Shown here one piece after another: positions 45,118 through 53,751 of a DNA stretch of 64,000 bases (positions are counted from its first letter, which is position 1; each line of letters opens with the position of its first letter). The position numbers and the translations under genes are program-made. The notes under the pieces are model-generated. The model worked only from the letters and a program-made list of their open reading frames with translations, searched no databases and was not told where the DNA came from. The DNA is from a virus (Duplodnaviria; Caudoviricetes), in the IMG/VR virus record IMGVR_UViG_3300033069_001819, positions 5,241 to 69,240 of that record; one strand, written 5' to 3'.

Positions 45118-46075
45118 GCTTTTTTCTGGCGCCACAGCGACCGACACAGCGAATCGACTGCTGCAGGAAAGCGTGGATATTCAGCGCAGTCTGTCTACGA
45201 TGGTATCCGCGCGTAAGCTGCACACGGTCGCGACGACCGAACTGCAGGACCTTCTGACGACGCTGCCTGCAGGTCTGTCTGACGCGATCCCTGTGGAGTT
45301 TACGCCGGAGGAGCGAGCGTTACTGTTCGAGGTGTTTTCGGAACTCGCTGCCGTACGTGATCCGTTCATGCCGGACACGGCCGATCTCGTATCGGTGCTG
45401 GGTTCGTTCGTGCTGCCCTGGGTTCGCGACGTAGGGTTGAAGCGGCGCATCGAGTCGGCGAAAGAACAGCGGTATCAGTACCAGGCCGAGTGGAAAAAGC
45501 GGGCTGAGTCGACGATCAAGCTTCCGTTCAAGCTGACGATCGACGAGCAGCGAGGGCAGCAGTGCGGGCGCAGCCGTCCGCTGCTATTCGTAGCGCCGGA
45601 GTCTCTGCGCGAGCGGTTCACGGCCTGGTTGTGGCAGGGAATGATGAAGGAGAATCGCGGGAAGAAGTTTCTGGTGTTCGACGCACCGAGCTTCAACGGC
45701 GATATTCCGTTCCAGAATTGGGCCGGTCAGTTGCACATGCGTGAGTTCGTGGACCGGTTGCGGATCTACGAGAAGGACACCGCGCCGAGCATGGTCGATA
45801 TTCTGTTCAACCCGGATTTGTTCGCCGGGCAGATGGAACAAGGTTCGATGTCTCTCGCTACGTACGTTCATGAGCTGCAGCGGCGGACGGCGCAGTGGGC
45901 CCGGCGATGGTCTGTCCTCTACGTCGCGTGCATGTACCTTGACGCGATTACGGTCGACGAGCAGTGGCAGATGACCAGGCTGGATCTGCTGCAGACGTTC
46001 TATACGGTCATTCGTGTTACGCCGGAACGATCCGGGTTTCGCGTGGGACATCACTCCGTAGTCACGAAGTCATAA
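45110..46075 (+). CDS. Hypothetical protein
   Basis: Probable ATG 45110; the C-terminal half may be a degenerate P-loop-type fold. Confidence 0.7.
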   Translation: MSELFSGATATDTANRLLQESVDIQRSLSTMVSARKLHTVATTELQDLLTTLPAGLSDAIPVEFTPEERALLFEVFSELAAVRDPFMPDTADLVSVLGSFVLPWVRDVGLKRRIESAKEQRYQYQAEWKKRAESTIKLPFKLTIDEQRGQQCGRSRPLLFVAPESLRERFTAWLWQGMMKENRGKKFLVFDAPSFNGDIPFQNWAGQLHMREFVDRLRIYEKDTAPSMVDILFNPDLFAGQMEQGSMSLATYVHELQRRTAQWARRWSVLYVACMYLDAITVDEQWQMTRLDLLQTFYTVIRVTPERSGFRVGHHSVVTKS

Positions 46076-46086
46076 GGAGACTACGG

Positions 46087-46728
46087 ATGAATATCTTCGT
46101 CAGCTGGTGCTACGACGAGACAGCGAAAGCCGAGTCGGAGGAAAGGGAAATACCGACGCTCGAGTGGGACGCGATGCTACGCACGCTGGGCGAGACACCC
46201 GCGTCGTCTAAGATTGAATTCGACCGCGAGCTTGTAGCCGTGCAGATAACCGTGCCGGAGCTGCGGAAGTCATACAAGTTGCGTGCCGCTTCCCGTATTA
46301 CGGCGGACGCACCATCCGTAGCGGAGGCTGCCTTCCACGCGTTCGAGGAGATTATCGGCCCGGGTCTCTACCTTCCGCCGGATTCGCGGATACGCATCAT
46401 AGGTTTCGAGGGTCTGGGCGACTTTTTTCGCTGTCTGGCTGCGCACTGCTCGGTGTTACGCAAACCGCTACCGTACGCGTTCTGGGCGGAAAACTCTCGG
46501 CTTAAGGAGCTTCCGGTTTCCGGGTCTGGCTCCGCGAGGCAGATCCTCCAGGGTTATCTGGCGCTCGCGGAAGGCGACGACGGCGCCTGGCTCGCGGACT
46601 TGTATCGTCGATGGGGTGCTGTCGGCGCGAGCGCGCTGACGGATATGCGCGTGCTGCTTACGGTAGCTGGTCGCCTGGGTATGATCAGCAGCGGCGAGTA
46701 CGACACGGGAGCGCCGGATGATCAGTGA
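46087..46728 (+). CDS. Hypothetical protein, possibly an inactive exonuclease fold
   Basis: AAGGAG RBS; RIIGF...FFRCLAAHC resembles an Exo II region lacking the acidic residues. Confidence 0.6.
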   Translation: MNIFVSWCYDETAKAESEEREIPTLEWDAMLRTLGETPASSKIEFDRELVAVQITVPELRKSYKLRAASRITADAPSVAEAAFHAFEEIIGPGLYLPPDSRIRIIGFEGLGDFFRCLAAHCSVLRKPLPYAFWAENSRLKELPVSGSGSARQILQGYLALAEGDDGAWLADLYRRWGAVGASALTDMRVLLTVAGRLGMISSGEYDTGAPDDQ

Positions 46729-47449
46729 GCGGGACCGGTTGAACGCTCTGCTTCGGGAGCCGGACAGGGCTTATCACTTCCGCCCGGAGGTGGTACCCAA
46801 GAAGCGCATAGCGTTCAGCGGAGTTCGTACGCTCGCGGCAGTCGAAAAGTACGTCTGGTACACGCCTGCGCTCATGTATCTGTGGGGACGGTTTTCGGAT
46901 ACGCCGCTGACGGACATCATGCATCGGGTCGGCGGCAAGGTGCTGTGGTATCGGTTCGACCGGCCTTTGTTTCGTGGCCTGGAGGCAGGCATCGACAGCT
47001 CCTGGAACCACATTTTGTGGGCTTACCCTCGTGATGAGTGGGACAAGTTCGCGGATTCCGTACTGGAAACCGCGCAGTTCGACATCAAGGCACGTATGCT
47101 CTATACCTACGCGCTGCAAGAGATCCAGGTCTATGATCCGATCAGCGTGGACGCGAATCGAATGTTCGTGCCGGGCAGAACGCCGCGGATCAAGATCGGC
47201 GTGTTCGCGGTGCGTACGAACCGTTATCAGATCGTGTTTCCAGCTGCGGCGTCTGAGACGCAGCTGCCTGCTCCCGCGAGATCGAAGCCGGACAAGAGCC
47301 TGGTTCGCCTGGCGGACAGATTCTTCGCAGACGCGACGTTGACGGACGACACGGCTTTCGAGCGATACAAGGTTTTTCTGCTGCAGCAGGAAGACGCGGA
47401 ATTCGAGGAGCTGAAGCGGCAGTTCCTGGCGAAGTTCAAAAAAAGGTGA
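46718..47449 (+). CDS. Hypothetical protein
   Basis: 243-aa ORF in the operon. Confidence 0.75.
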   Translation: MISERDRLNALLREPDRAYHFRPEVVPKKRIAFSGVRTLAAVEKYVWYTPALMYLWGRFSDTPLTDIMHRVGGKVLWYRFDRPLFRGLEAGIDSSWNHILWAYPRDEWDKFADSVLETAQFDIKARMLYTYALQEIQVYDPISVDANRMFVPGRTPRIKIGVFAVRTNRYQIVFPAAASETQLPAPARSKPDKSLVRLADRFFADATLTDDTAFERYKVFLLQQEDAEFEELKRQFLAKFKKR

Positions 47450-47453
47450 GTCG

Positions 47454-47726
47454 ATGAGCGACGACGTATCGAAGTTGATGGACAACGTAGGCAGCGGAAA
47501 GCAAGGCACCGATTTTCCTATTGGTTCGTTGCGTCAAGCTCTACTGCCGGCTCAGCTGACGCAGGTGCACATCTTCCGTGCCAGTAGTGAGCCGGAGCTG
47601 ATCACGACGATCGAACGCTGGGTCGTGGCTACGCAGAATATCGTGGTTATGCCTGGTCCGGTCACTCGTGACGGTACCGAGATCGTTATGCCTGTGACGT
47701 ACGTGCCGGCTTATCGCCAAGGGTGA
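47454..47726 (+). CDS. Hypothetical protein
   Basis: 90-aa ORF in the operon. Confidence 0.65.
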   Translation: MSDDVSKLMDNVGSGKQGTDFPIGSLRQALLPAQLTQVHIFRASSEPELITTIERWVVATQNIVVMPGPVTRDGTEIVMPVTYVPAYRQG

Positions 47727-47729
47727 TCC

Positions 47730-48332
47730 ATGACGAACGAGGATAGGTGGCGAGCTTTCGTCGAGAGTATACCTGCGGTTCGGGACATACGTCATCCGAC
47801 AGCGGACGTTCGTCCGCGTGACGACGCGACCGCTGAGTACGAGTCGCTGCTGGACGACATGCCGTCAGATATCGCAGGCATGATGGAGTCGGCTCGACCT
47901 GTCGTCGACAATGCGACACCTCCGGATTCCCGCACAGCGGTCTGGTGCTTCGCCGATATGCCGGACGGAGACTTTCCGCGGGTCTATTCTTATCTGACGC
48001 TGCAGGGTATGCTCGCTGCGCTGGCGAAGCGAGAGGGCTCGGATACGGCCGTATGGCCGTTCTATGGTTTTCCGTTTCGGCTCACGCGGCTGGTGACCGG
48101 GCCGGACGGGCAGCAAGCCAGGTATCTGCAGCTGGACATGACGACGGCGGTGCGGATTTCGGAATCCTCGGACATCTACGCCACGACTATGACACAGCTC
48201 GGACCCGTCGATTTCGAGGATAATGGCTGGCTTGGCGACCAGACGCTACCTCGCAGCCAGTATTTTCTCGAGCCGTTCGTCGAGGCAGGCGAGGATGCGG
48301 GTGAAGAGTTTACCGACGAGGAGTCCGAGTGA
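47730..48332 (+). CDS. Hypothetical acidic protein
   Basis: 200-aa ORF in the operon. Confidence 0.7.
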   Translation: MTNEDRWRAFVESIPAVRDIRHPTADVRPRDDATAEYESLLDDMPSDIAGMMESARPVVDNATPPDSRTAVWCFADMPDGDFPRVYSYLTLQGMLAALAKREGSDTAVWPFYGFPFRLTRLVTGPDGQQARYLQLDMTTAVRISESSDIYATTMTQLGPVDFEDNGWLGDQTLPRSQYFLEPFVEAGEDAGEEFTDEESE

Positions 48333-49324
48333 TGCAGAACATGGTAGCTGTCGATACCGAACACGGTAATGACACGTTTTACTCTGAACCGGATGGACAC
48401 GGGGCGAAGTCGCTCAAGGTTGTCGAGACAGGTACGTCAGGCGCTAGCCGCACGACACAGGCAGATGTAATTCAGATGGTCGTAGGAGAGGAGCGGTATT
48501 CCGTGAACGCGAACAGCTACTCGAAACTTGCAGCGTCCGGCGTACCGCCGATGAGCGCGATGCGTATCGCGGAACCTAGTTCCGGTACGCGCGAATCAGC
48601 CATGGCCTCGCTGCAGAACGCACGCGTAGGCGCGATGCCGTACACTCCTGAGATGCAGGCACAGCAGGGCTACGGCCAGCCACAACCGCAGTTCTATGGC
48701 CAACCGCAGCCACAACCGCAGTTCTATGTCCAACCGCCGCCGCAGCAGGCTCCGTCTTTTCAGCCTGTGCTTCACCAGCAGCAGCCTGCACCGTCTGTGG
48801 CACCTTCGGTAGGTGGTCCTGGCCTGCCGGCGAACCTCGTCACGACCGAAGTCCTGGCGCAGTCGCTCCAGGAAGTGCAGACGAACCTGATCCGCGGTCT
48901 CGACGTTCTGTACGCACCGCTCATGGAACTGGTAGCGGCCAGCAGCCAGCCACAGATTACGCCGATGGGTTCGCTGGCTGGCGTGTTCAGCGTGACGCCG
49001 GAGGAACCCCGCTATCAGGTTTTCTTCGATATGGGCGCTCTCGGGCTCATGAGTGCGCAGTACCACGCGGTCGTGTTGTCCTCGCAGGCGATCGTGCTGG
49101 CGTACGATACCCGCTACAGGCACAACCAGTACGTTCCGCCGGTGTCTCCGGAGAACGTGGCGCCATGGCGTGTCTCGTTCGTGGAAAACGGTGGAAGCCC
49201 GAGCGAAGGCTACGGTTGCGTATCACTCGGCCTGCAGTTCAATATGGAGCATGTCGACTTTATCGTGCTGCTGCGCGCAGACCCGGTACAGACGCAGGAC
49301 TTTGGCAACGCGGAGCTGAGATGA
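48329..49324 (+). CDS. Hypothetical protein with central Q/P/Y low-complexity linker
   Basis: QQGYGQPQPQFYGQPQPQPQFYVQPPP; a 30-bp-period direct repeat lies at about 48677-48728. Confidence 0.75.
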   Translation: MMQNMVAVDTEHGNDTFYSEPDGHGAKSLKVVETGTSGASRTTQADVIQMVVGEERYSVNANSYSKLAASGVPPMSAMRIAEPSSGTRESAMASLQNARVGAMPYTPEMQAQQGYGQPQPQFYGQPQPQPQFYVQPPPQQAPSFQPVLHQQQPAPSVAPSVGGPGLPANLVTTEVLAQSLQEVQTNLIRGLDVLYAPLMELVAASSQPQITPMGSLAGVFSVTPEEPRYQVFFDMGALGLMSAQYHAVVLSSQAIVLAYDTRYRHNQYVPPVSPENVAPWRVSFVENGGSPSEGYGCVSLGLQFNMEHVDFIVLLRADPVQTQDFGNAELR

Positions 49325-49515
49325 TGGAAAAACGTGGAATCATATCCCGATCGACGCCGGCCGAAGATGACCGTCGCGCCGTCGAGCATGTCAAACTCGC
49401 GGGGGACCTACCTGCATCCGACGCGGATGTCGCTAAGATAGAGGCTGGTCCGACGCGCCGGCTTGTGGACGGAGTTTTTTCCCAGGCCGTAAAGCGCGAA
49501 CGTCGCCCCGGCTGA
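49321..49515 (+). CDS. Small hypothetical protein
   Basis: ATGA overlap; MMEKRGII...; contains VKLAG. Confidence 0.6.
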   Translation: MMEKRGIISRSTPAEDDRRAVEHVKLAGDLPASDADVAKIEAGPTRRLVDGVFSQAVKRERRPG

Positions 49516-49528
49516 GTTGGAGTCGCTG

Positions 49529-51454
49529 ATGTCTCTGTATGACTCGAATCCGTATTTCGGAGGTGCTCCTTCCTCTTCAGGAAATGTGCCTTTTGCGGAC
49601 CCCTACAGAGACATGGCGACGGCGAGCATGCCGACGACCATCAACTCGGCGCTGCTCTGGGGCGAGTACCTTTGGTACGCCCAGGGCACTTACGCGATGG
49701 CCATGAAGCGGATAGCCAGTTATTTCGTGACGGAAGTCGAGCTGGCGGGACAGATCTCGCACGACGAAAAAGACAAGATTTTCGATTACCTTACCGATAC
49801 GATCGGCGTGCTGCCTTTCGTCTACCTGGCCCTGCTCGACAGGTTGTGTTACGGCAACTCGTTCGTCAGTGTGCTTGTGCCCTTTCAGCGATTTCTGCTT
49901 TGTCCGCATTCCCGCGACATGGTGACGCTCAAAGAGGTCTACGAGAACAGCGTTTACGACTTCAAGTTCGATAGCGAGTTCAACTTCGTCGCCACGTGCC
50001 CGAAGACCGGCTGGCGTGGTAACTGGGAAGTGATCGACAAGCCGCGTGACGAAAGCCAGAATCTGATCCTCAAGCGGTGGAACCCGCACGAGATCGAGGT
50101 GCTTTTCGACCCGTACACGGACGAGTGCAGCTACTTGTGGCGCATTCCCGAGAACTACAAGCGGATGGTTCGCGAAGGGAATCTGTTTCACCTGGAGCGA
50201 GTCAACAAGCAGGTGTTGACCGCCATCAAGCACAACCAGCTGTTTCGCTTCAACAAAGACGCGATCATGCACCTGCGGGAGCCTACGCTGGCTGGCGTAC
50301 GCTCCATGGGCTGGGGTCTGCCGCCTTCGCTGACGCACCACCGGCAGCTCTGGTATCTGCAGGTGCTGCGACGGCAACACGAAGCGATCGGCATGGACTA
50401 TATCATCCCATTCCGTCTGATCACGCCAGCTCCGCGGGCAGGTGCCGGCGTGATGGGTGGCGTGGCGACGCAGGATCCGATGGCGGTGTATAACGGCCAG
50501 GAGTTTCACTCGCAGGTGCGATCGTTGATTTCCCGCCGTCGGCGTGACCCGGCTGGCTGGCATGTTTTGCCGTTCCCGGTGAACTACCAGATGCTGGGTG
50601 CGGACGCGAACAACCTGGTTCCGCTCGACATGATGACGGCTGCGGTCGATTCGCTGCTGAACGAGACCGGTACGCCGGTCGAGTTCTACAAGGGCACGCT
50701 CGGTATGCAGGCTGCACCGATTGCCCTGCGCCTTTTCGAGAGTACGCACCGGCTGCTCGTTAACGATGCCAATCGGTTGCTGCAGTGGATTACGAACACG
50801 GTCTGCCGCATCCTCATGTGGGAAACCGTGACCGCGAATCTTCGCCGTGTCACCATTGCGGACGACGTGCAGAAGCAAATGGCTGTTCTTCAGCTCATGG
50901 CTGGCCGACAGCTGTCCGGTACGAGCGGTCTTCGGGCGATCGGCTACGACTACCGCACCGAGCGTCAGTACCTCATGGAAGAAGCGAAGGAAGATCAGGA
51001 ACTGCAGGCTCGGCAGCAAGAGGAGATGGAGCAGGCCGGTGTCGCCGCCGAGGTCGCGAAGGGCATCAACCCGATGGCGCCGCCGCAGCAAGGCGATCCG
51101 TCCCAGGGCGGGGCACCGGCACAAGGCGGTGCCGCGCCGGCGCAAGGTGGAGCACAGGGCGGTCAGAGCGGTGCGCAGATGGCTGCCGCCGGCGGTACGC
51201 CTGTGTCGACCTACATCCAGTCGATGAGTCCGGACGCGCCGATTACGCCGGCCGAGCTGAACTCGGCGGCGGATATGCTCGCGGACGAGCTGCTTGGGCT
51301 GCCTGACATGCAGAAGAACCAGCAGCTGCAGGAGCTCAAGAAATTTAACCCGACGTTGCACTCGCTGGTCCGCACGAAGCTGGACGAGAAGCGGCAGCAA
51401 ATGCGGATGATAGGCGGACAGCAGGTGCAGCAGCAACAATACGGAACAGGTTGA
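49529..51454 (+). CDS. Probable portal protein
   Basis: LCYGNSF, LKRWNPHEI, IMHL...GWGLP...QVLRRQHEAIGMDYIIPFR resemble large-phage portals; Q/G/A-rich C-terminal extension. Confidence 0.7.
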   Translation: MSLYDSNPYFGGAPSSSGNVPFADPYRDMATASMPTTINSALLWGEYLWYAQGTYAMAMKRIASYFVTEVELAGQISHDEKDKIFDYLTDTIGVLPFVYLALLDRLCYGNSFVSVLVPFQRFLLCPHSRDMVTLKEVYENSVYDFKFDSEFNFVATCPKTGWRGNWEVIDKPRDESQNLILKRWNPHEIEVLFDPYTDECSYLWRIPENYKRMVREGNLFHLERVNKQVLTAIKHNQLFRFNKDAIMHLREPTLAGVRSMGWGLPPSLTHHRQLWYLQVLRRQHEAIGMDYIIPFRLITPAPRAGAGVMGGVATQDPMAVYNGQEFHSQVRSLISRRRRDPAGWHVLPFPVNYQMLGADANNLVPLDMMTAAVDSLLNETGTPVEFYKGTLGMQAAPIALRLFESTHRLLVNDANRLLQWITNTVCRILMWETVTANLRRVTIADDVQKQMAVLQLMAGRQLSGTSGLRAIGYDYRTERQYLMEEAKEDQELQARQQEEMEQAGVAAEVAKGINPMAPPQQGDPSQGGAPAQGGAAPAQGGAQGGQSGAQMAAAGGTPVSTYIQSMSPDAPITPAELNSAADMLADELLGLPDMQKNQQLQELKKFNPTLHSLVRTKLDEKRQQMRMIGGQQVQQQQYGTG

Positions 51455-51460
51455 CGCTGC

Positions 51461-52204
51461 ATGAGCGGAAGAGAAGTAAGAACAGGCTGGTCCATGAATT
51501 ACGCGTGCGATGTCCTGGTCTACAGCTGCGTGACAGGCGGCTACGACCAGGTCGCGAAAACGCTTTTGTCCCGCACTGGCATATCTGATGACCGTGTACG
51601 TTATGTGCTTTACACGGATCAAGTTAGCTCCGTAACCCCTGAGGCTGAAGACGATCCAAAAACCAGTTTTTGGACGCTGCGTCCGCTGTTGTGGCGGCAC
51701 CCGCTCTGCTCTCGGCGAACGGCACGCTGGCACAAGGTGAACAGCCACAAGCTGGACGTCAGTTCGCTCGTAACGGTGTGGATCGATGGCTCGCACCGGT
51801 TCAAGGAAGGCGTGAACGTTGTAGACGACCTCGTGGCGCAGGCTACGAGGTTGACGGATCTGGCGACGTTCAAGCATCCCGAGCGGAACTGCGTGTACCA
51901 GGAGATTCTGGCGTGCAAGCAGTTCCGCAAGGACAACCCTGTGCTGATGGATGCACAGATCAACCGCTACCGTGCCGAGGGTTACCCGGCCTACGCGGGT
52001 ATGGTCGAAACGTCGTGCGTCGTGCGAAAAAGCTCGGCGGCGGTGACGCAGTTCAACAACGCATGGTGGCAGCAGATCGAAGCAGGAAGTTACAGGGATC
52101 AGCTGTCGTTCAACTACGTTGCTCGTAAGCAGAATTTTCTGTACGGTATCGTCCCGGGCGACCGGGTCAATTCACCGTTTTTCGAGTACGTAGGGCACAA
52201 CTGA
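51461..52204 (+). CDS. DUF616 (TOD1/MUCI70-like) glycosyltransferase
   Basis: VYSCVTGGYD, YTD, WIDGS, FKHPERNCVYQE, RDQLSFNY. Confidence 0.85.
   Translation: MSGREVRTGWSMNYACDVLVYSCVTGGYDQVAKTLLSRTGISDDRVRYVLYTDQVSSVTPEAEDDPKTSFWTLRPLLWRHPLCSRRTARWHKVNSHKLDVSSLVTVWIDGSHRFKEGVNVVDDLVAQATRLTDLATFKHPERNCVYQEILACKQFRKDNPVLMDAQINRYRAEGYPAYAGMVETSCVVRKSSAAVTQFNNAWWQQIEAGSYRDQLSFNYVARKQNFLYGIVPGDRVNSPFFEYVGHN
51655..51674. repeat. Dispersed palindrome copy 7 (TCCAAAAACCAGTTTTTGGA)
   Basis: Read directly; intragenic (PKTSFW). Confidence 0.95.
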
Positions 52205-52205
52205 G

Positions 52206-52796
52206 TTGGGCGTATATCCTGTGATCGCAGTTGCCGGTCTGCCTGGTGCATACCTTTCGACTGTGTGCAGCTACCTGCACCAGAAAGGCTGGGCCATTAC
52301 CTGGCCAAGCCAGGACTTGTCTTCGCCGGTCGCTTCGTACTGGGCGAGGAAGTCGACGAACAGCGAATGCGTCCGTCTACACGACCAGTTGCGTGCACGA
52401 CTCGGGCAGTCGCCTTTGTCTCCGGCGTTCGCGGTGTGGTACCCGGACGACATACCTGGTCCGCAGGACTACTGCGGCAAGTTCAACCGGCCGTTTCTCG
52501 TATCGTGCGAGATGCTGGCTCCGGTATTGGACTGGTGGTCCGGACATGTCGATGTCGTCGTCGACGTGCAGGCAGACGACGAGGCGGTAGAGAAGCGGTT
52601 CAGCGGCATCATCGGTAAACCGGTGCCTGCCGTGCAGCTCAAGACAATCGTTTCTGCCTGGCGTAAGCGTTACGGAAGCAATCTGCGTCAGTTTCGTTAT
52701 GTCGTATCGCTATCGAGCGAAGAGGTGTCTGCCCGCCGGTTCGGCGGGCTGGACGATTTTCTCAAGGAGATCATGAATGTCGGAACCAAAGTATGA
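52206..52796 (+). CDS. Degenerate sulfotransferase-like / P-loop protein
   Basis: VIAVAGLPGAYLSTVCSYLHQKG...NSECVRLHDQL resembles the bacterial sulfotransferase N-terminus (VLGMHRSGTS...EN..F..LNDEL) but lacks the RSGTS core. Confidence 0.45.
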   Translation: MGVYPVIAVAGLPGAYLSTVCSYLHQKGWAITWPSQDLSSPVASYWARKSTNSECVRLHDQLRARLGQSPLSPAFAVWYPDDIPGPQDYCGKFNRPFLVSCEMLAPVLDWWSGHVDVVVDVQADDEAVEKRFSGIIGKPVPAVQLKTIVSAWRKRYGSNLRQFRYVVSLSSEEVSARRFGGLDDFLKEIMNVGTKV

Positions 52797-53061
52797 CCAG
52801 GATCGTCGGCATGTATTCATAACCCGAAGCGGACCGATCCCGTACACACACGATCAAACACCGACGTACAGCAAGAAGTTCGTGTACGAGTGTTGTTTCG
52901 GTACAGGGAATAGCTGGACGCGACACCATGTCTACGTGACCGAGGCGGACTTCCCCCGGGCGCAGGAGCTGTTGGATCATTGGAGCGTCGTGGGCGCGTG
53001 CGTGTGTTGCCCGCACCGGCATTATCGTACCGTCGGCGAGGGCCAGGGAGTCGGACGATGA
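52777..53061 (+). CDS. Hypothetical protein
   Basis: AAGGAG RBS; 94 aa. Confidence 0.6.
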   Translation: MSEPKYDQDRRHVFITRSGPIPYTHDQTPTYSKKFVYECCFGTGNSWTRHHVYVTEADFPRAQELLDHWSVVGACVCCPHRHYRTVGEGQGVGR

Positions 53062-53687
53062 CAGATCAAGCGGCGCACCAGCTACTTGTGCCTCTCGTGG
53101 CGCAGATACTGCGTGAGGAAGGCGGCGACGTACAGGCGTTCGACCGCAAAGCTCGCTGGGTGGTATCGAGTGTGCAGCAGCAGCCCGCCAGGAACGGCGC
53201 ACCGGCGGCTACGGAAGGAGTTATGGCCTTACGTCGCTGGATGGCCGAGCGCAACCTGGCCGAGATTTTGGCTGTCTTGCACAGCATAAGACAGTCTTTG
53301 TCGCTTCAGGAGGTACCTTCTTCAGTGCCGCTCGCCGCTGCTGTCGCTACGTTCTCGCTCATATGGGAGAACGGCTACCGAACGGATCACGTCATCGTGC
53401 CTTCGGCGGGTAGCGATCGTTCGGCTCTGAAGCTGGGCGAACTTGCACGCCAGTTGCCGACGACGATATCGCAGCTGATCCAGAATCTGGGTGAAACCGG
53501 ATTGGATGAGGTTCGGAACAACGACGCGTACTACATGGACGCACCGAAGTTCGAGGAGCTCATGTCTGTACTGGACGCGTACGTCGCGACACAACCGGAG
53601 GACAGCCAACCGGCTTATCAGCAGATGTTGCAGCGTATTCGTGCGATGATGCAGATCATGACGGAGGAAGATCTTCGGTCGCGGTGA
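53058..53687 (+). CDS. Hypothetical helical protein
   Basis: GGGAG RBS, ATG 53058. Confidence 0.7.
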   Translation: MTDQAAHQLLVPLVAQILREEGGDVQAFDRKARWVVSSVQQQPARNGAPAATEGVMALRRWMAERNLAEILAVLHSIRQSLSLQEVPSSVPLAAAVATFSLIWENGYRTDHVIVPSAGSDRSALKLGELARQLPTTISQLIQNLGETGLDEVRNNDAYYMDAPKFEELMSVLDAYVATQPEDSQPAYQQMLQRIRAMMQIMTEEDLRSR

Positions 53688-53751
53688 TTCGACGAGTTTG
53701 AATAAGTTCCTTGCCTGCCGGATACTTAACGTAGGTCTATCAAGGTGCCCT

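Noticed and set aside
49577-51877. 766-aa minus-strand ORF, and similar long antisense ORFs (56785-58929, 32452-33837, 18143-19468)
   Set aside because: Shadow ORFs of high-GC coding strands. They overlap well-supported genes, lack RBSs and show no recognisable motifs.
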